From Trichosphaerium sp. ATCC 40318 (taxonomy: Eukaryota; Protista; Tubulinea), in the NCBI GenBank assembly GCA_038496445.1, contig JALMLS010000634.1:1-36979 (forward strand): 36,979 nucleotides of DNA, given 5' to 3'. Made by a program: the position numbers and the translations under genes. Shown piece after piece: positions 24,426 through 36,979 of this stretch. Positions within the stretch are counted from its first letter, which is position 1, and every line of letters begins with the position of its first letter. The notes under the pieces are model-generated. The model was not told the DNA's origin, ran no database searches, and saw nothing but the letters and a program-made list of their open reading frames with translations.

Positions 24426-26599
24426 TTTGGTTATTAATAGCTATGTGAGTGGTTCCCAACAACTCAAGTATAGCCAGCTGGTGGCCTTTGAGCAAGAGTT
24501 TACAATATGGGTAAAAAAAAAATTGCAGTAGGCCTTTACTCAACTTTATGCACCTTTTGAAAATAATAGCACATGGTTCTTTAAAGTGGCAGTTCTGTTA
24601 TGAATGGTGAATAATATGAATATTCAAATACAGCACTATTCACTAGTATTTATGAGTAAAAAAATTCATTCATTATTCATACCTATTTTACCTGACAGTA
24701 AACTGTTGAGAAGTTTGCGAGTTGACTGGTTGATTCTAACTCCCACAAAGTGCTGCTATACGTTTCCATGGCGTTTTACGAGCACGTGACAAATATCGCT
24801 TGTTTGACGCCAAAGTAAACAAACCGTTTAGTGCTAGAAAACAGTTGGATTTGATAATGGTCATGATGCATAGTATCACTCATAAGTAAAGTGATTTCGG
24901 TACGTTTTGGTGTTCTGTTGGCTAGTAGCAAAAAAAACAGCAAGTTTGTTGTTGGAAATCACGTGAAGCGACATTGTCCTTTATTGTCTGTTTCATTCAT
25001 GTCTGATTGATTCTCCATAAAGGTTAACAATAGAGGATAACAATGCGATTTGGGGTGTTTAAACAACTTTTATTAAAAACACAGATTGATTTTTCACCTA
25101 TCCGTGATAGATCAGCGTTGAATGGTTTTTTTATGATTGAATAATGTGGAATACACATTTTACTAGGAGGGGTAGATACGAGAACTATTTTCTGTCACCA
25201 TGGTTGTGAGTATGAGATCGGGTTTTGGTATTCTATGATTGAAATAGGCGGGAAACACAGAACGAGGAGGGGATACCAGAACTGGTTTTACAGCAATAGT
25301 CAATCGCTTGGCACTTGAGGTGCCGTAATACATTGATTGGTGATCTATATCCCTGAGTGTGCGTACCTGTGATTACACACCAGTTGCTACTAGACACAAC
25401 CTTGCTCTGGTAGCAAAGTTTGGCAGTTTAGTTATCAATCTCAGGTAGGTGGAGTCCTATATTGACAAAAAATTGTTTTTTTAACCTGATTTTTTGTTAG
25501 CACTTTAAACCACATGACTTCAACACCCACACGATATGATAGACACGTGCGTTTTCCACATTGCTTCCAAATTAAGCAGTAAGCATTTTTTACATTACTT
25601 GTATGAAAAATTATTTATGTTCATTTCATCACGGCCCATGGCGCCCATCTATTAATTTTATAAGCTGTCCAGTTTTTGGGAAAAAAAGTAATTTTTAAGT
25701 GTTATTTTTTGCTTATCAAAAACTTGTACTTTTTTTGTGTGTTTACCGTAAACATTATTATGTTTTTTTCAAAATTCTGTGTTGTGTGTTGTGCAATAAC
25801 TTTTTAAGCCATACTTTACCATTTAAGACTGTAAATACGTGTTTGGTGGAAGTTTACAGCGGAATTGAAGAGGGGTTAGCTGAGCGTGAAAAGTCGCTTA
25901 TTTTAAAGAAAAAAACGCAATTCTATTTAGCGGAAAAAATATTTAGCGCTACCTAAAGTGTAGAAATGGGTGTGTTGAGTACACACAGTAAATTATAGCT
26001 AAATCTGTGAAGGGTTAATGGAGATTCAGACAATAAGGGACTCACCTTAACTTGGAATCTTTATTTTCTCTATGCTTTGTATGTTGCCACTGCGTGGCAA
26101 CTATCTATCGAGGCTATTTATTCTACTCTCGATTAAATAGCATCTAAACACAGAGTATTGTCAGTGTCATTCAAGTTATTTTTTGCCTCTTTCTATTTCT
26201 AGCAAAAACTTGCAACTTCTTTCAGACCTTACAAGACTTGACAGTTCGGAGAGAACTACACAATGTGAACCTGTTTACATGTCACTTTAGTTTGGGATGC
26301 AGTTGCCATCAGCAATATGTACGTATCACATGACCTTATGTACCTTAAGTGCAAGTGATATTTCAATGGCAACGAAAAACAATAACTCAAGCAAATGAGC
26401 AAAATGACCATAGTATTTATCAGGTGTGCATGTACACCCTACACAAACCAAACAAAGCATCGAAGAGCTGTAGGGGAATAAAAAAGGTATGATTGCACTA
26501 AAAACTACACATTAACACAAACCATGTATTTATGATACTCGCTAACGTGTTTGAGAAAATTCTGTTCAAAAAACCCAACCAGCACGGATTTACTTCCTT

Positions 26600-28310
26600 G
26601 CTTTGCCAACAGCTCTACCCTACGATAAAACAGCAGCCCTCATGGTCAAGCGCGAGCGGAGAATGCTATGTCAACGTAACGTACCAGGGTTGCCTATGGT
26701 CGATAATAGGGCTGAAGAACTATCAGATCACAAATGGGTTATGAAGGGAATGGCGGAGACGGTAGCGAACATGCTGGGTCTGGAGAAGGCTAAAGCGCAA
26801 GCAGCTACTAGGATTATCAATATGGCATATATCACATTACTGCACTGTAAATATAAAGTACGGCGTACCACAGAAGCGAAGTTCAGAAACGAGATGTAGA
26901 ACTACTGGAAGAAACAGATGGAAATCCACCAGGAAAAAAAAAGGATTGTAATGCGTAAGGGGAATAGAAATGAGGGAAGATGGAGTGTCACAAATGTGCT
27001 TGGAATGGAGATTGTGGACAGGTTTTTACGCCAAGGGGGCTTTTCCAGCAAGGGAAGGTTTTACTATTTTTCCTCCAACTTTTCTTTTGGCTACTTTATT
27101 GTAAAGGTGGTATAGCCATGTCGGTATCTCCAAGTGGCCTTATCTGCGCCCTGATAAGTCAACCCCAGACACTAAACAATAAACGTACCAAATATACTCT
27201 AGAATGCAAACTGACACATTGGAGAGCTTTGCCATCAAGGGAAAAATCATGTCACCATCACAATTTGGCTTTATTAAAGGCAAATCAATTCACATGGCAC
27301 AGAAGCAATTCTTTTCGATTATCCGAGACGCTAAAAACACAGGCAACAACTTTTATGCTCTTTATATAGACCTTAGGAAAGCGTATGATTCGATAACTTA
27401 CTGGGCAATCAACAAAAGACTTGTATGGCATAGATATAGCAAGTACAAGGAAAGCAACCATGTCAATGTATCACAAGTTAACTACTACCCCTTGTAGGAA
27501 ATGTATTTCAAATGGTTCTCTGGAAAGGGGAACAAGACAAGGAGATATCATTTCTAATATTATATGTGACCTCTTTATTAACCCTTCTTCACCAGCTCAA
27601 CTCACTGAACGTTGGGTACATGGATTCGCATGGCGACATAACATCAGTCATTGCATACATAGACGACTACTAGCCAATAACCTTGAAAACATTCAAAAAC
27701 TTTATGATACACTAACCAATTGTTGCAACTTCTATAACTCAAGGTAACACGGAAAAATCCACAATTACACCGAAGAGAATAATATATCTATCAGACGCAA
27801 TCCACTCTTTTGGAAAGATACGCTCATCCCTATTTTAAAGCCTCAGAATCATACAAATACCAGGGAATACTAACCAACATAATATTTTACATAACAGTTC
27901 AAAAAGCTTAGCTTGTCTTTTATGTCTACGGTCTCTTTAGTTAACACTAATTACTTTACCACTGGTCAAAAAATACAGCTCATAAACCAGGTAGCAATCT
28001 TGTATTAGATTCACACAAAATACTATTCATATTGAGGAGAAAGATCTTAAATAATGGATGACCGAGAAAAGATTATTAAAAGGAAAAGTGAAAATGCAAG
28101 TCAACGCCTACAACCAACGAGTACAATCCTCTACCTTGGATACGGTATCTCTTCTGGATACTCAGATCGCTGCCTACCTCAAAACAACACTAAAAGATAA
28201 CCTTAGCTGTCTCGAGGCTACCATTTCCAACGAAACATTACTCTATGATATCGATAAGATCTCTTCTCTCCCTAAAGAAAAAGAGACCAAGACTTGTTAA
28301 AACTAAATCT
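26600..28310 (+). mobile_element. Degenerate non-LTR retrotransposon, reverse transcriptase region
   Basis: QFGFIKGKS, ALYIDLRKAYDSI, RGTRQGDIIS...LF, AYIDD (27653-27667) and YKYQG across several frameshifts. Confidence 0.88.
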
Positions 28311-28327
28311 AATGGTGGTAGTACGAC

Positions 28328-31300
28328 GGAATTGACTCAGATTATCGATAACCTGTTGTATCGATAATTTTTTTTTTCAGGTGACCATGAACCACAAGCC
28401 GGGAAGCTGGTTGATGCCGGTGAACCAGCCGGCATCAAGTAACACCATAGAGGCCGGACATTCAGCCGGCCTTGTAGTACAGACAATAGGTAAATGAATG
28501 CGGTAACTATACCAACTTACCCCCAATTCATGAGAACAGCATGTTTTGCCTGTCCTTCTTTGGAGCCTGAAGCGCTTGCACTAAATGAAAAGAGTTCTAG
28601 TGTTTTGATCCTGTTTGCTAGTTATTGGGGACCAAGACAACGCTATCATCCCTCTGATTACCTTTCTATGTCTGTCTTTTTGTTGTTCAACCAACCCGAG
28701 TAGAATGCCTTTACAATCCACTTTGTTAAATTTATAGCTGAGCAACTTTGCATTAGCTTCCACTGAGTCTTGCATCTCATTCACTAATCTGAATGCGGTA
28801 TTCATATGTCAATTTATACAAAAATAGATTAGATCACTAACGTGCAAACAACAACACCAGATTAGAGAAGAACCTATCTCTTGGCTTGACCGCTTGGTCA
28901 CGAATCCTGAGGCCTTTCTTTTATTAAAGTCAAAATAACACTATCCGAAAACCAACAACTTTTCCGGAAGAGTGACCTCCCTTAGTCTCAAAAGTTCGTA
29001 AAACCTGGTATGTACTGCCAATACCCTTTGCCCATTTTAAATCTGTAACGTTGATTGGTAGATAGCAGTTGCGTAGTTCACTTATTAAGTTCTTCAATAC
29101 AAGTATTGTTATCCATTTTAGTTTGTACTTTTAGAACGCTCGATGCAGTGCTATAGTTTAGGTATTATTATGAGTATATAACTGAGTACTTCCATAAACG
29201 AGCAGAAGCTCCCAAGTGCAAGTTTTTTCTAACATTCCGACAGCTGCCTTTATATTACAGATGATGGTAAGAGTTCATACTATTGACCTAACTATAATTA
29301 ATATTATTTCTAGAACGCAATTTTCCACACGGACTCAAAGGGCGGAACTTGAGGCTATTGAGATGGCAATCATCACATAACCACCTCCCATTCTCATCGT
29401 TACAAGCTATTATCAGAACGTTCAGGTAGTGTTGATCATATGGTACCCTAGCCATACTCTCGAGACTGATAAGGAAAAACAGCAGCTATTATCACGTATT
29501 AATTCTCAGTGAACTAGTCCCACTTGCCATTGTTATGAACCTATGCTGACTCCATATTGTCATAATTGTCACTCTTTGGAAGGAGTCTCTTGGGTTCTGG
29601 AGTCCACCCTGTCGGCGCTGCTAATTTCTGATTATTTATCAAAAACGACCCTTTGGAAGGTTTTAAAAAAACAAGCAGAACAAACAAAGATTGAATGCAT
29701 AAACAATATATCCGCTACAAAGGTAGCAGTAGAAAAGAGTTAATTACAGACTTGTCAATCATCACTACTAAGTACATCAACTCTGAGAATGTTGTTGATT
29801 TTTCGTTTAGAGTCAAACATCACGCATTATATATCAATAACACAGTCTTTCACAAACTACCTAAGTATCTCTATGTCTTTATCACCGTGTACAACGTATA
29901 TGTTATCCCAATCCTAGATGTTCCCTCTATGACCTTCCAGCTGAAACTTTTCAACAGTTGATCCAATGCTCTAACAATTCGTTCGACATTAGATCTCACC
30001 TCTTCCATCATATTGTATGAATCTATGATAAAATTACAAATAACACGTTGCCTACAGATGGCTCTAAGTTTAATTGTTACGACCTAATCTGCCACAAAGC
30101 TACTAATAATTATTTCCTACCAAACGTCTCGGTCCCTTTTTACAATAAAATCCAACTCGGACGCTCTTTAGAATCCCTAATTGGGGACGATCTCTGAACT
30201 GTTAGGTGTACAGATAACAAACTGTGAAATTTTAGTGGAGCTCTTAAATTCTTTTGGATATAGTGGGAATCAAAACAACGTAGACGACTTTAGAATATCT
30301 CAAGGATCATAACTCCCTTACTGGATAACATTCAAAAACTTTTCAAACTCACTCCAAACAACAATAGGCACATAGACGTATACTGGCTTATATGATGCTT
30401 CTATACCGAAGATACAGACAAAGACGCGAAGACGATATTGAACACAAGAAAGATTGGTGTTTTCATTAACCCCAGGTTGCTTCGGATGGCACGAGCAAAA
30501 TATCAAGAGGTATTGGTCAACTGTTTTACTTTTTTATGATTGCGCATGTTATACCAGGGAACCTTGCAGGTAAAAGAAAGTTGCAACATTAAGGTAGTCA
30601 TTCCCTGTGGTGATAACAACTTCACCACGAGCTACGAATTCCCACTGCATAAGTATGATATCCTTACTCACCTCAGAATGCTTTTTGCGTACTCTATTAG
30701 TATACTAATACGCCTATTAATTTTACAGGCCAGATACACAGACTTTGCAAGGTATATCTCAAGGCATTACAACATAAGCAGTGAAAAAGTAACGAGTTAC
30801 CAAAGTATCAATTTATAAATTACAAAAACAAAAGCAGCACTGTTTGACTTGCCTGGTTTCCAAATAGCTGGCAGTACTTCAGCCTGTATATGATTCTTTT
30901 ACAATCAAACTTATTTAATTGGTATCAGTGAGTACATGCCTGGCCAATCACAGCAGCTAAAAGAGCAAAATAACATGGTTCATCATGCTACCAATTGAAA
31001 ATTTAAATGTTTAGTCTGATTTCGAAAAATAAAGGCGTAGTACATGAAAAGCAATATTTCACCGCAATACAGAGAAGATGTGGTTACAACGTTAATAAAT
31101 ATACTTTATCGAAATACAAGGCAAACCTATTGCAATCGGACTTTCTTTGTAGGTCTTCTATATTTCATGTTCCTCAATGAACCCTATGTACTACAAAAAG
31201 AGTACTTCTTTGTTTAGGTGAAGTTCAGGCAAGCATGATGTAAACATACAAAAGTATTCTACACGGGAGATGGTTGATTGTACAGTACTGGAGGTTTAGG

Positions 31301-31564
31301 TGGCTACATTTAGGTATTGGTGCTCTACTTTTACAGCACCAGCATTGTCAACAGAGTACTAAAGAACCAAGACCCATGGTCATGGACGCCTAGTCATGAG
31401 TTCCAGCCACTGACTAACTTTATTGACAGCCGGAAAACCAACCGGAAGTGGTGCAATGGATGGTCGGTCTTGAGAAAAATAGCCGGCATAATTATAAGAG
31501 CCCGAAAAACAACATCTCAAAAAAAAGTATCGACACAAGATTATCGATAATCTGAGTCAATTCC
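28328..31564. mobile_element. TIR-bounded ~3.2-kb segment (putative non-autonomous DNA element)
   Basis: ggaattgactcagattatcgataa (28328-28351) is the exact reverse complement of 31541-31564, with imperfect extension to ~50 bp. GCCGG repeats lie just inside both ends. No TSD is evident. Confidence 0.7.
29230..30250 (+). pseudogene. Decayed RNase H and C-terminal region of a non-LTR retroelement
   Basis: YITD(D)G-like remnant at ~29270, TQRAELEAIEMAI at 29333-29371 and NNTLPT at ~30040; many stops. Confidence 0.6.
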
Positions 31565-31937
31565 CTCTCTCTTACGCGAAAAGCATGCAAAGAATCACAC
31601 TTCGCTCTCTTACGCAAATAAAGGCCGTACAACGGCGGAAACGTTTCAAGTTGGTGGAAGTCGACAACTGTAGCGTAACAGGAACAAAGGCTGTCATTAG
31701 GATTGTATCGAGAATACGGCCAACTCCTAATAAGCAGATCTTTCTAATTTTGTACTACAGTTCTGTACAAGGGTAATTAGATGGGTATAAGATTGAGTGT
31801 GATGTCATACGCGTTGCAAACGCACACGTAGTCAAACATACAAGTAGTGCAAAAATAGTTCGAGAAAGTTAAACGAAATGTCATTGTTTAATTCTGTTGA
31901 ATTTATCAAGCTCCGATTTTCTAACCAGTAATTCATA

Positions 31938-34027
31938 ATGCACAACCGCTCGGTTTTACTAGTTATTGCAGTATCATGCGCTGTTTTGGCGTTAGCACAA
32001 GCTTCACAGCTAGACACATTCAAAGGGTTTTTTCTCGACAGGAAACTTGATAATAGTGCTCAAATGGACCTCGAACGCGCATACAACAACGTAGTTCACC
32101 CTTTTTCGCAGTACGTTTAGCCAATCGTCGAACTCTGAACTGCTTTTTAACCCTACCGGTACTAGACACATTGCAGGTGACGTAAACGGTCGTATTTCCA
32201 ACCTTCCTCAAGATTTTTCCGGTTTTTTCGCCTTGGAAGAGTCATACTACACGTACGTAGCAAGAACCCATGACGTTTGCCAACTTGTTCGTCATTGTGT
32301 TAACTAACTTTGTTTCTTCCAGATTTGAAGGAAAACCTACTTTGTACAAACCTTACCTCTTTTACTTCTCATCAACTCAGGTATGTCCGCCTTACTTCTC
32401 GATTTGATCAAATTCCTTTTTTGGTACTTTTCGGAGCACGAGAGTACAACCCTACGCGGGCGTTACTGTTGTAGCCTATGCTTACGTTATTAAAATGACT
32501 TTGCGGTTAAATTATTTATTGACCGGTTTTTTACAGACTGGAGCTGTAAGACTCACTGCGTATGACATACCAAAGCGTATACCAGTTGATACTTTCAAAT
32601 TGGATGATCTCACTTGGTCCATCGACTACAACGAGCTCAAAGTACGACTTTGATTTTTTTGTTTACCACTTCCCCTTTTGTTGGTTCATTTGCGAACGTT
32701 TTGTCCGCTCCAAGCATTTTACGCGTATTCACGAGTAGTGAACGATTTGTAACAAAAAGGTGCCTAAAAATGCTATAAAATTAGCCCAACAGCTTCACTG
32801 CGCGTAGAAAGAAACATTTTCAGTACACCGCATTCTAAAGAAAGCGTTTCAATCTTTTATTTTTGTTTTTTTGAAAATCCTTGATTGCCTTCTTATAATT
32901 GTGTTACAGGTTTCAGCAGAGTTCTCACCAGCTGAATACAAATACAATCCTGTAAACAGCAACTTCCACATCTACTCTAAGACGCCTGGTACTCGTGGTA
33001 CCTTTATTCTTAATGAAACAATTTCAATGAACGCTTTCATTGTTATGGTACGCTAACAAGTTTGATGCATTATTTATCATTTTATTATCACGTACTAACG
33101 ACTATGTCATAGGAGGACGTCCTTGTTAACGGAAAGAGTGTCATGCCATACCACACACCAATCATTTATCGTCCAGTTGCTGTACGTGTCAAACACAAAC
33201 AAAAAAATTTGCAATAACAGAACTTTTCTTTTTTTCTTTATTGCGGGTACTTACATGGTTTATAGTCAGAAAAAACTGAGATTACTACTTTCAAACATTT
33301 AATGTCAGTTCTTGAGAGTGGTTCGAAAGTAAGCGGTATCTACTATTACTACAACGTGCGTTACCACTTTTTTTTTATTTCCTTTTTTTTTTTTTTGTTT
33401 TTTGTTTATTTCTTACTTCTGTTCAGTGTGAATTCAATGGAGGTCCAGGAAAAGGACCAAAAGCTGTTGGAGGTCAAGATGTTGCTACATGGGAATATTT
33501 CTTACCTGGTCTTATTAGTAAGCGGATAATTAATATCAATAGACCTTTCTTTCTTTTGTGTCTCTATGTATTTACTTCTCGAATAGGCAAGCGTGGATAC
33601 GTTGCTTTTAGCGAAGCAAAGCTTATTGATTATCCTGGTGCTTACGGATGGATTTATGATTACGCTAATGTCAGAGTCTACGATGATGATACTGTACGTT
33701 TTTTGTTTCTCGTTTTCTTAATTTAATGTTTTCTTTTTTTTTTTTGATTTATTTTGCGTACCACTTGTTTAGTTTTTTCTTTATTATTATTCACTGTACT
33801 TTTCGCCTAAATCTACTGCTTTTGGAGCTTGTTTTTTGAAAAGTGCACAGCGTAGTCACAATACAACAACCTTGCGTTTTTTTCTTATTTTTTTGATTTT
33901 ATTTATTTATTTTCTCTAGATCACAATTGGCGTTAAATACGCAACACCTGGTGACTTCAAGACAATTGTAAATGAAACATTCCAATGCGCATTTGGAAAG
34001 AGCAACGGTATTGTTTTCACATACTAG
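31938..34027 (+). CDS. Multi-exon secreted protein of unknown function
   Basis: Signal peptide MHNRSVLLVIAVSCAVLALAQA. About 10 short exons with gtacgt/gtatgt donors and T-rich introns. Last exon ITIGVKYATPGDFKTIVNETFQCAFGKSNGIVFTY*, then AATAAA. Confidence 0.8.
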
Positions 34028-34199
34028 AAGATTTGTTGTATCTCATCAAAATAAAAAACAAAAAATACTTGTTGAATAGTGTCAAGTTTTTTGAATCCTG
34101 ATTGTTGTATTCCATTTATCCACTTGGATATATATGAACCTATTTCGATGCAACATAAACTTCGTGGCATTTACCTTGAAGACATAAGGCATCATAGCA

Positions 34200-34576
34200 T
34201 TAGCTTGCCTGGTTTGAGCCTGAAGTGCTTTATTGTAATAAGATTCGCAACTATTTATTTGGTACGTATGAGGAAAGGCAAAAGAAATGTGACACATGCT
34301 TTTGAAATACCACCAGTTTTTCAAAAAATAAAGGCCATTATTTACTGCGAGATGATTATCTGCGTTGTCTTCTGGTGGATTGCTGCGGATTTGACCCGGA
34401 ATAACCTATTTTGGTTTAGCGCTAAGCCTGATTTTTCGGGATGGTTTGTGAGCATAGGGTGGCCTTGTGCAACTCTGCTAGCTATTACATTAGTGTATCC
34501 TTATGGAGTACTTCATGTGAGCATAAAAGAAAAGTCACGTGCTTTCTACATATCGGAGTGGCCTCTTAAAAAGTAG
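34200..34576 (+). other. Possible multi-TM membrane protein fragment
   Basis: ORF with three hydrophobic segments separated by a basic loop. No clear start, and it directly follows the upstream polyA signal. Confidence 0.3.
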
Positions 34577-34853
34577 GCTCAGCGCTACGATAAAATAGCC
34601 CTATTTCAAGTCAAATCCTGGCAAGGAGTACGCTGTAAATAATTTAGAGTTTATAAAACATTTCAAAATCCGGAACGTTAGGAGCGCTACAACTAATTTA
34701 TTGCATTAAAGAGGTACCCTTATAATCAACTGGACTTTTTACCAGTACCTTAAAGGTCTCTATGACGTCATACGTATAATTAATAGTTCGCAGTGTGTGA
34801 ACGGATTCACAATTCTAATACAACTATACTCCGGTGATATAATTGCATTTACA

Positions 34854-35818
34854 ATGGCACGAAACCAAATGTTATAAACAAAATAACCAAATGTAGGCGT
34901 GCTCTTATACAACAAAACCAATTAAACTATCCTCCCAACCTTTAACAGCTGCGTACATCGATAAAACCGTAGAAACTGCAGTAGACATATGGATTCGCTC
35001 AAACACCATCGCCCGAGGGTTAGAACTCAGTCGTAATGAAATCAGGCCCTATTTGGCTCGTATTGTAGAAAAGGCAGCGCAATACCCATCTGTACGTTAC
35101 AAATATGGTTATATTTGATGCATATACGTTGCATAAAGTTTGTTTTTCCGAAGTTACAAAAACTATCTTAAAAATCACGATCCTTATGTTCACGACAGCA
35201 CATTTCATGTAAAAATAGTGTTTTCTTTAAATATCTATGTACAGCAATTTCTGACTTATTAAGATGGTCATTCTTTGTGGCAGTAATGTTGTTGGTTTTA
35301 TCCTGAGCTACGATTATGCAGTTAAAGATACGATAGAAACATGTGGTTTATCGCCAAAGGTGCAAATATGGAGATCATTCATATCTCAATGTGAGGATGA
35401 GGCTCTCCCTGTCTTGAAGCAAAAAGGTATTCCATTAGAACATGGTAACGTCCTATATGGGGTAGCAGGAGGTCTAAAGAAGGAATACACCAGACAACAG
35501 AGCTTTGCTTATTTTGTATGAATGTCATTTAGCATACGTGTACTGATGTTTTACTAGGGCTATGAGTACTTGAGGTGGTTAATAAATACAGACTACAAGT
35601 ATACCTATGGTATAGCAACCCATGCTGTGACTCACCGCAACATAATGCAAGAGTATGTCATACTAGAAAAACCTTGGAGTTCATTCACGTGTAAAGATGG
35701 AACAAAGCCATTGGCTATTATATCAAGCCCTCCAAGTGCTAAAGTGTATGTCGTAAATTTTTCTCATAGTGTCTTGGCTAAAGCAGCTACGGAATACGAA
35801 CAAAAAGCCAAGTTGTAG
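34854..35818 (+). CDS. Putative GNAT-fold N-acetyltransferase (AANAT-like)
   Basis: Exons encode VVGFILSYD, LYGVAGGLKKEYTRQ, YKYTYGIATHAVTHR and FTCKDGTKPL...SPP, a pattern resembling GNAT motifs A and B. One internal junction (~35092-35140) is unresolved. Confidence 0.6.
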
Positions 35819-36579
35819 TGTTTATAAAATTAAAACAAGGTGATACTAAATTTTCAAGAAACGAGTACCGTTGCAAAGTACACGTGTACAGTTCCCATTG
35901 AATTTGTTTTCAGAAATACGAAGTTAATATTGTACAGTTAACAGTAAGTATACAAAGTGCGTTACTCTCATCATCTAATTTAACATATGATTGATGATAG
36001 AGGTATGAAATGAGGAAGCCAAACATTTTATGAACTTGATGTAAAGAAAAGACGAAAGATGTCTCATTCCTTTAGGAAAATAATCGTCTCGTGTAATTTC
36101 TAATCTCTTTTGGTACTTCTTTCTACGTCTTCACCGTATTTTATCATCAAAATACAAACTTTAACGAGAATTTTTGTTACACCTTAAATCGATGTGAAAC
36201 AATACAAGCTGAAAGAGGTATATAAAAGTCGTGTTTTGGTATTGCAAAAATACTTCTATAGGGTTTTTTCATGTCGATTTTGTTCTTCAGTCTCCTGATC
36301 TCGGTGCCACACTTCAGATGGTACAAAAAAAAAGTGACAATTCGGTCTATTTGCTATGTATTTCAAAAAGACAAAAAAGATAGTGCACAGAAAAACAAAG
36401 TAAGGACACAGTGTACTACAATAACGCAATCAATACGCTACAGCAGCGGTATAGTATGCATATTAGAGTTAGGCGGTATGTGTTTGTAGTGTAACTTGTT
36501 AATGAACTTACGATAAGAAGAATCATTAAAATATAATTTGTACAGGTTTAAATTTACACTCTTTTTTTTTTTGTCTTTG

Positions 36580-36979
36580 TTATAAGGCCATTACGTTATT
36601 ATTATTGTATCCGCGTTCTCTATGTTTTGTCATATACTTCAATAACATTGGCTTATAACCAAAGAAATCAGTTATATTTCCATTAGCACCATGTGCTATT
36701 AGTAACCTTGAAACAAGCATATAAGTTACTGCAAAAAACAACTTGTTGTACGTACCTGGCACATTCTTGGTGGCCATGTTCTAAGGCTTGGTGTAGAGGT
36801 GTAGAACCCAATACATTTTGGGTATTAACACATTGGTGATGAGGCTCTTGTGCTCGTAAGAGTATGGATAATACTTCAATATGTCCTAATGTAGCAGCCT
36901 AAAAAAAAAAAGTAAACAATCAAGTACGAAAAAAGTAAGAATAACTAAGTTCATGTCAAACAGAAAATTGTCGCAATCT
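36580..36979 (-). CDS. 3' end of an ankyrin-repeat protein gene (runs off the window)
   Basis: AATLGHIEVLSILL...NTQNVLGSTPLHQALEHGHQECAR^LLIAHGANGNITDFFGYKP...*, with a canonical gtacgt...ag intron. Confidence 0.85.

Noticed and set aside
25125-25290. Diverged ~105-bp tandem duplication (a similar short pair lies at 19329-19410)
   Set aside because: Two degenerate copies only, with no further structure.

Overview
AT-rich eukaryotic genomic DNA (protist-like; mostly 40-60 nt GT-AG introns, standard code), so the intron-blind ORF track misses the real genes. 1-12 kb is a transposon graveyard. It holds nested non-autonomous CAGG-ended TIR elements (families A, B, C) that share a degenerate intron-containing cargo, a disrupted intron-containing DDD-type transposase with an inverted paralogous fragment, and a perfect 132-bp inverted repeat bracketing the whole block. 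12.4-16.7 kb is the most striking feature: a gene with an ankyrin array, an H-Y-E PARP-like ADP-ribosyltransferase domain and a coiled coil. Each ankyrin repeat sits in its own phase-1 exon (normally 99 nt) between 11 identical 55-nt introns, and the exon differences are almost all amino-acid changing and cluster in the binding loop, which suggests a diversifying sensor-effector gene. Downstream are a probable Cys-rich stalked membrane protein (minus strand), a pectin acetylesterase/Notum-family gene, a PARP pseudogene fragment, a decayed non-LTR retrotransposon (RT plus RNase H) overlapped by a TIR pair, a secreted protein of unknown function, a GNAT-like gene and the 3' end of another ankyrin gene.
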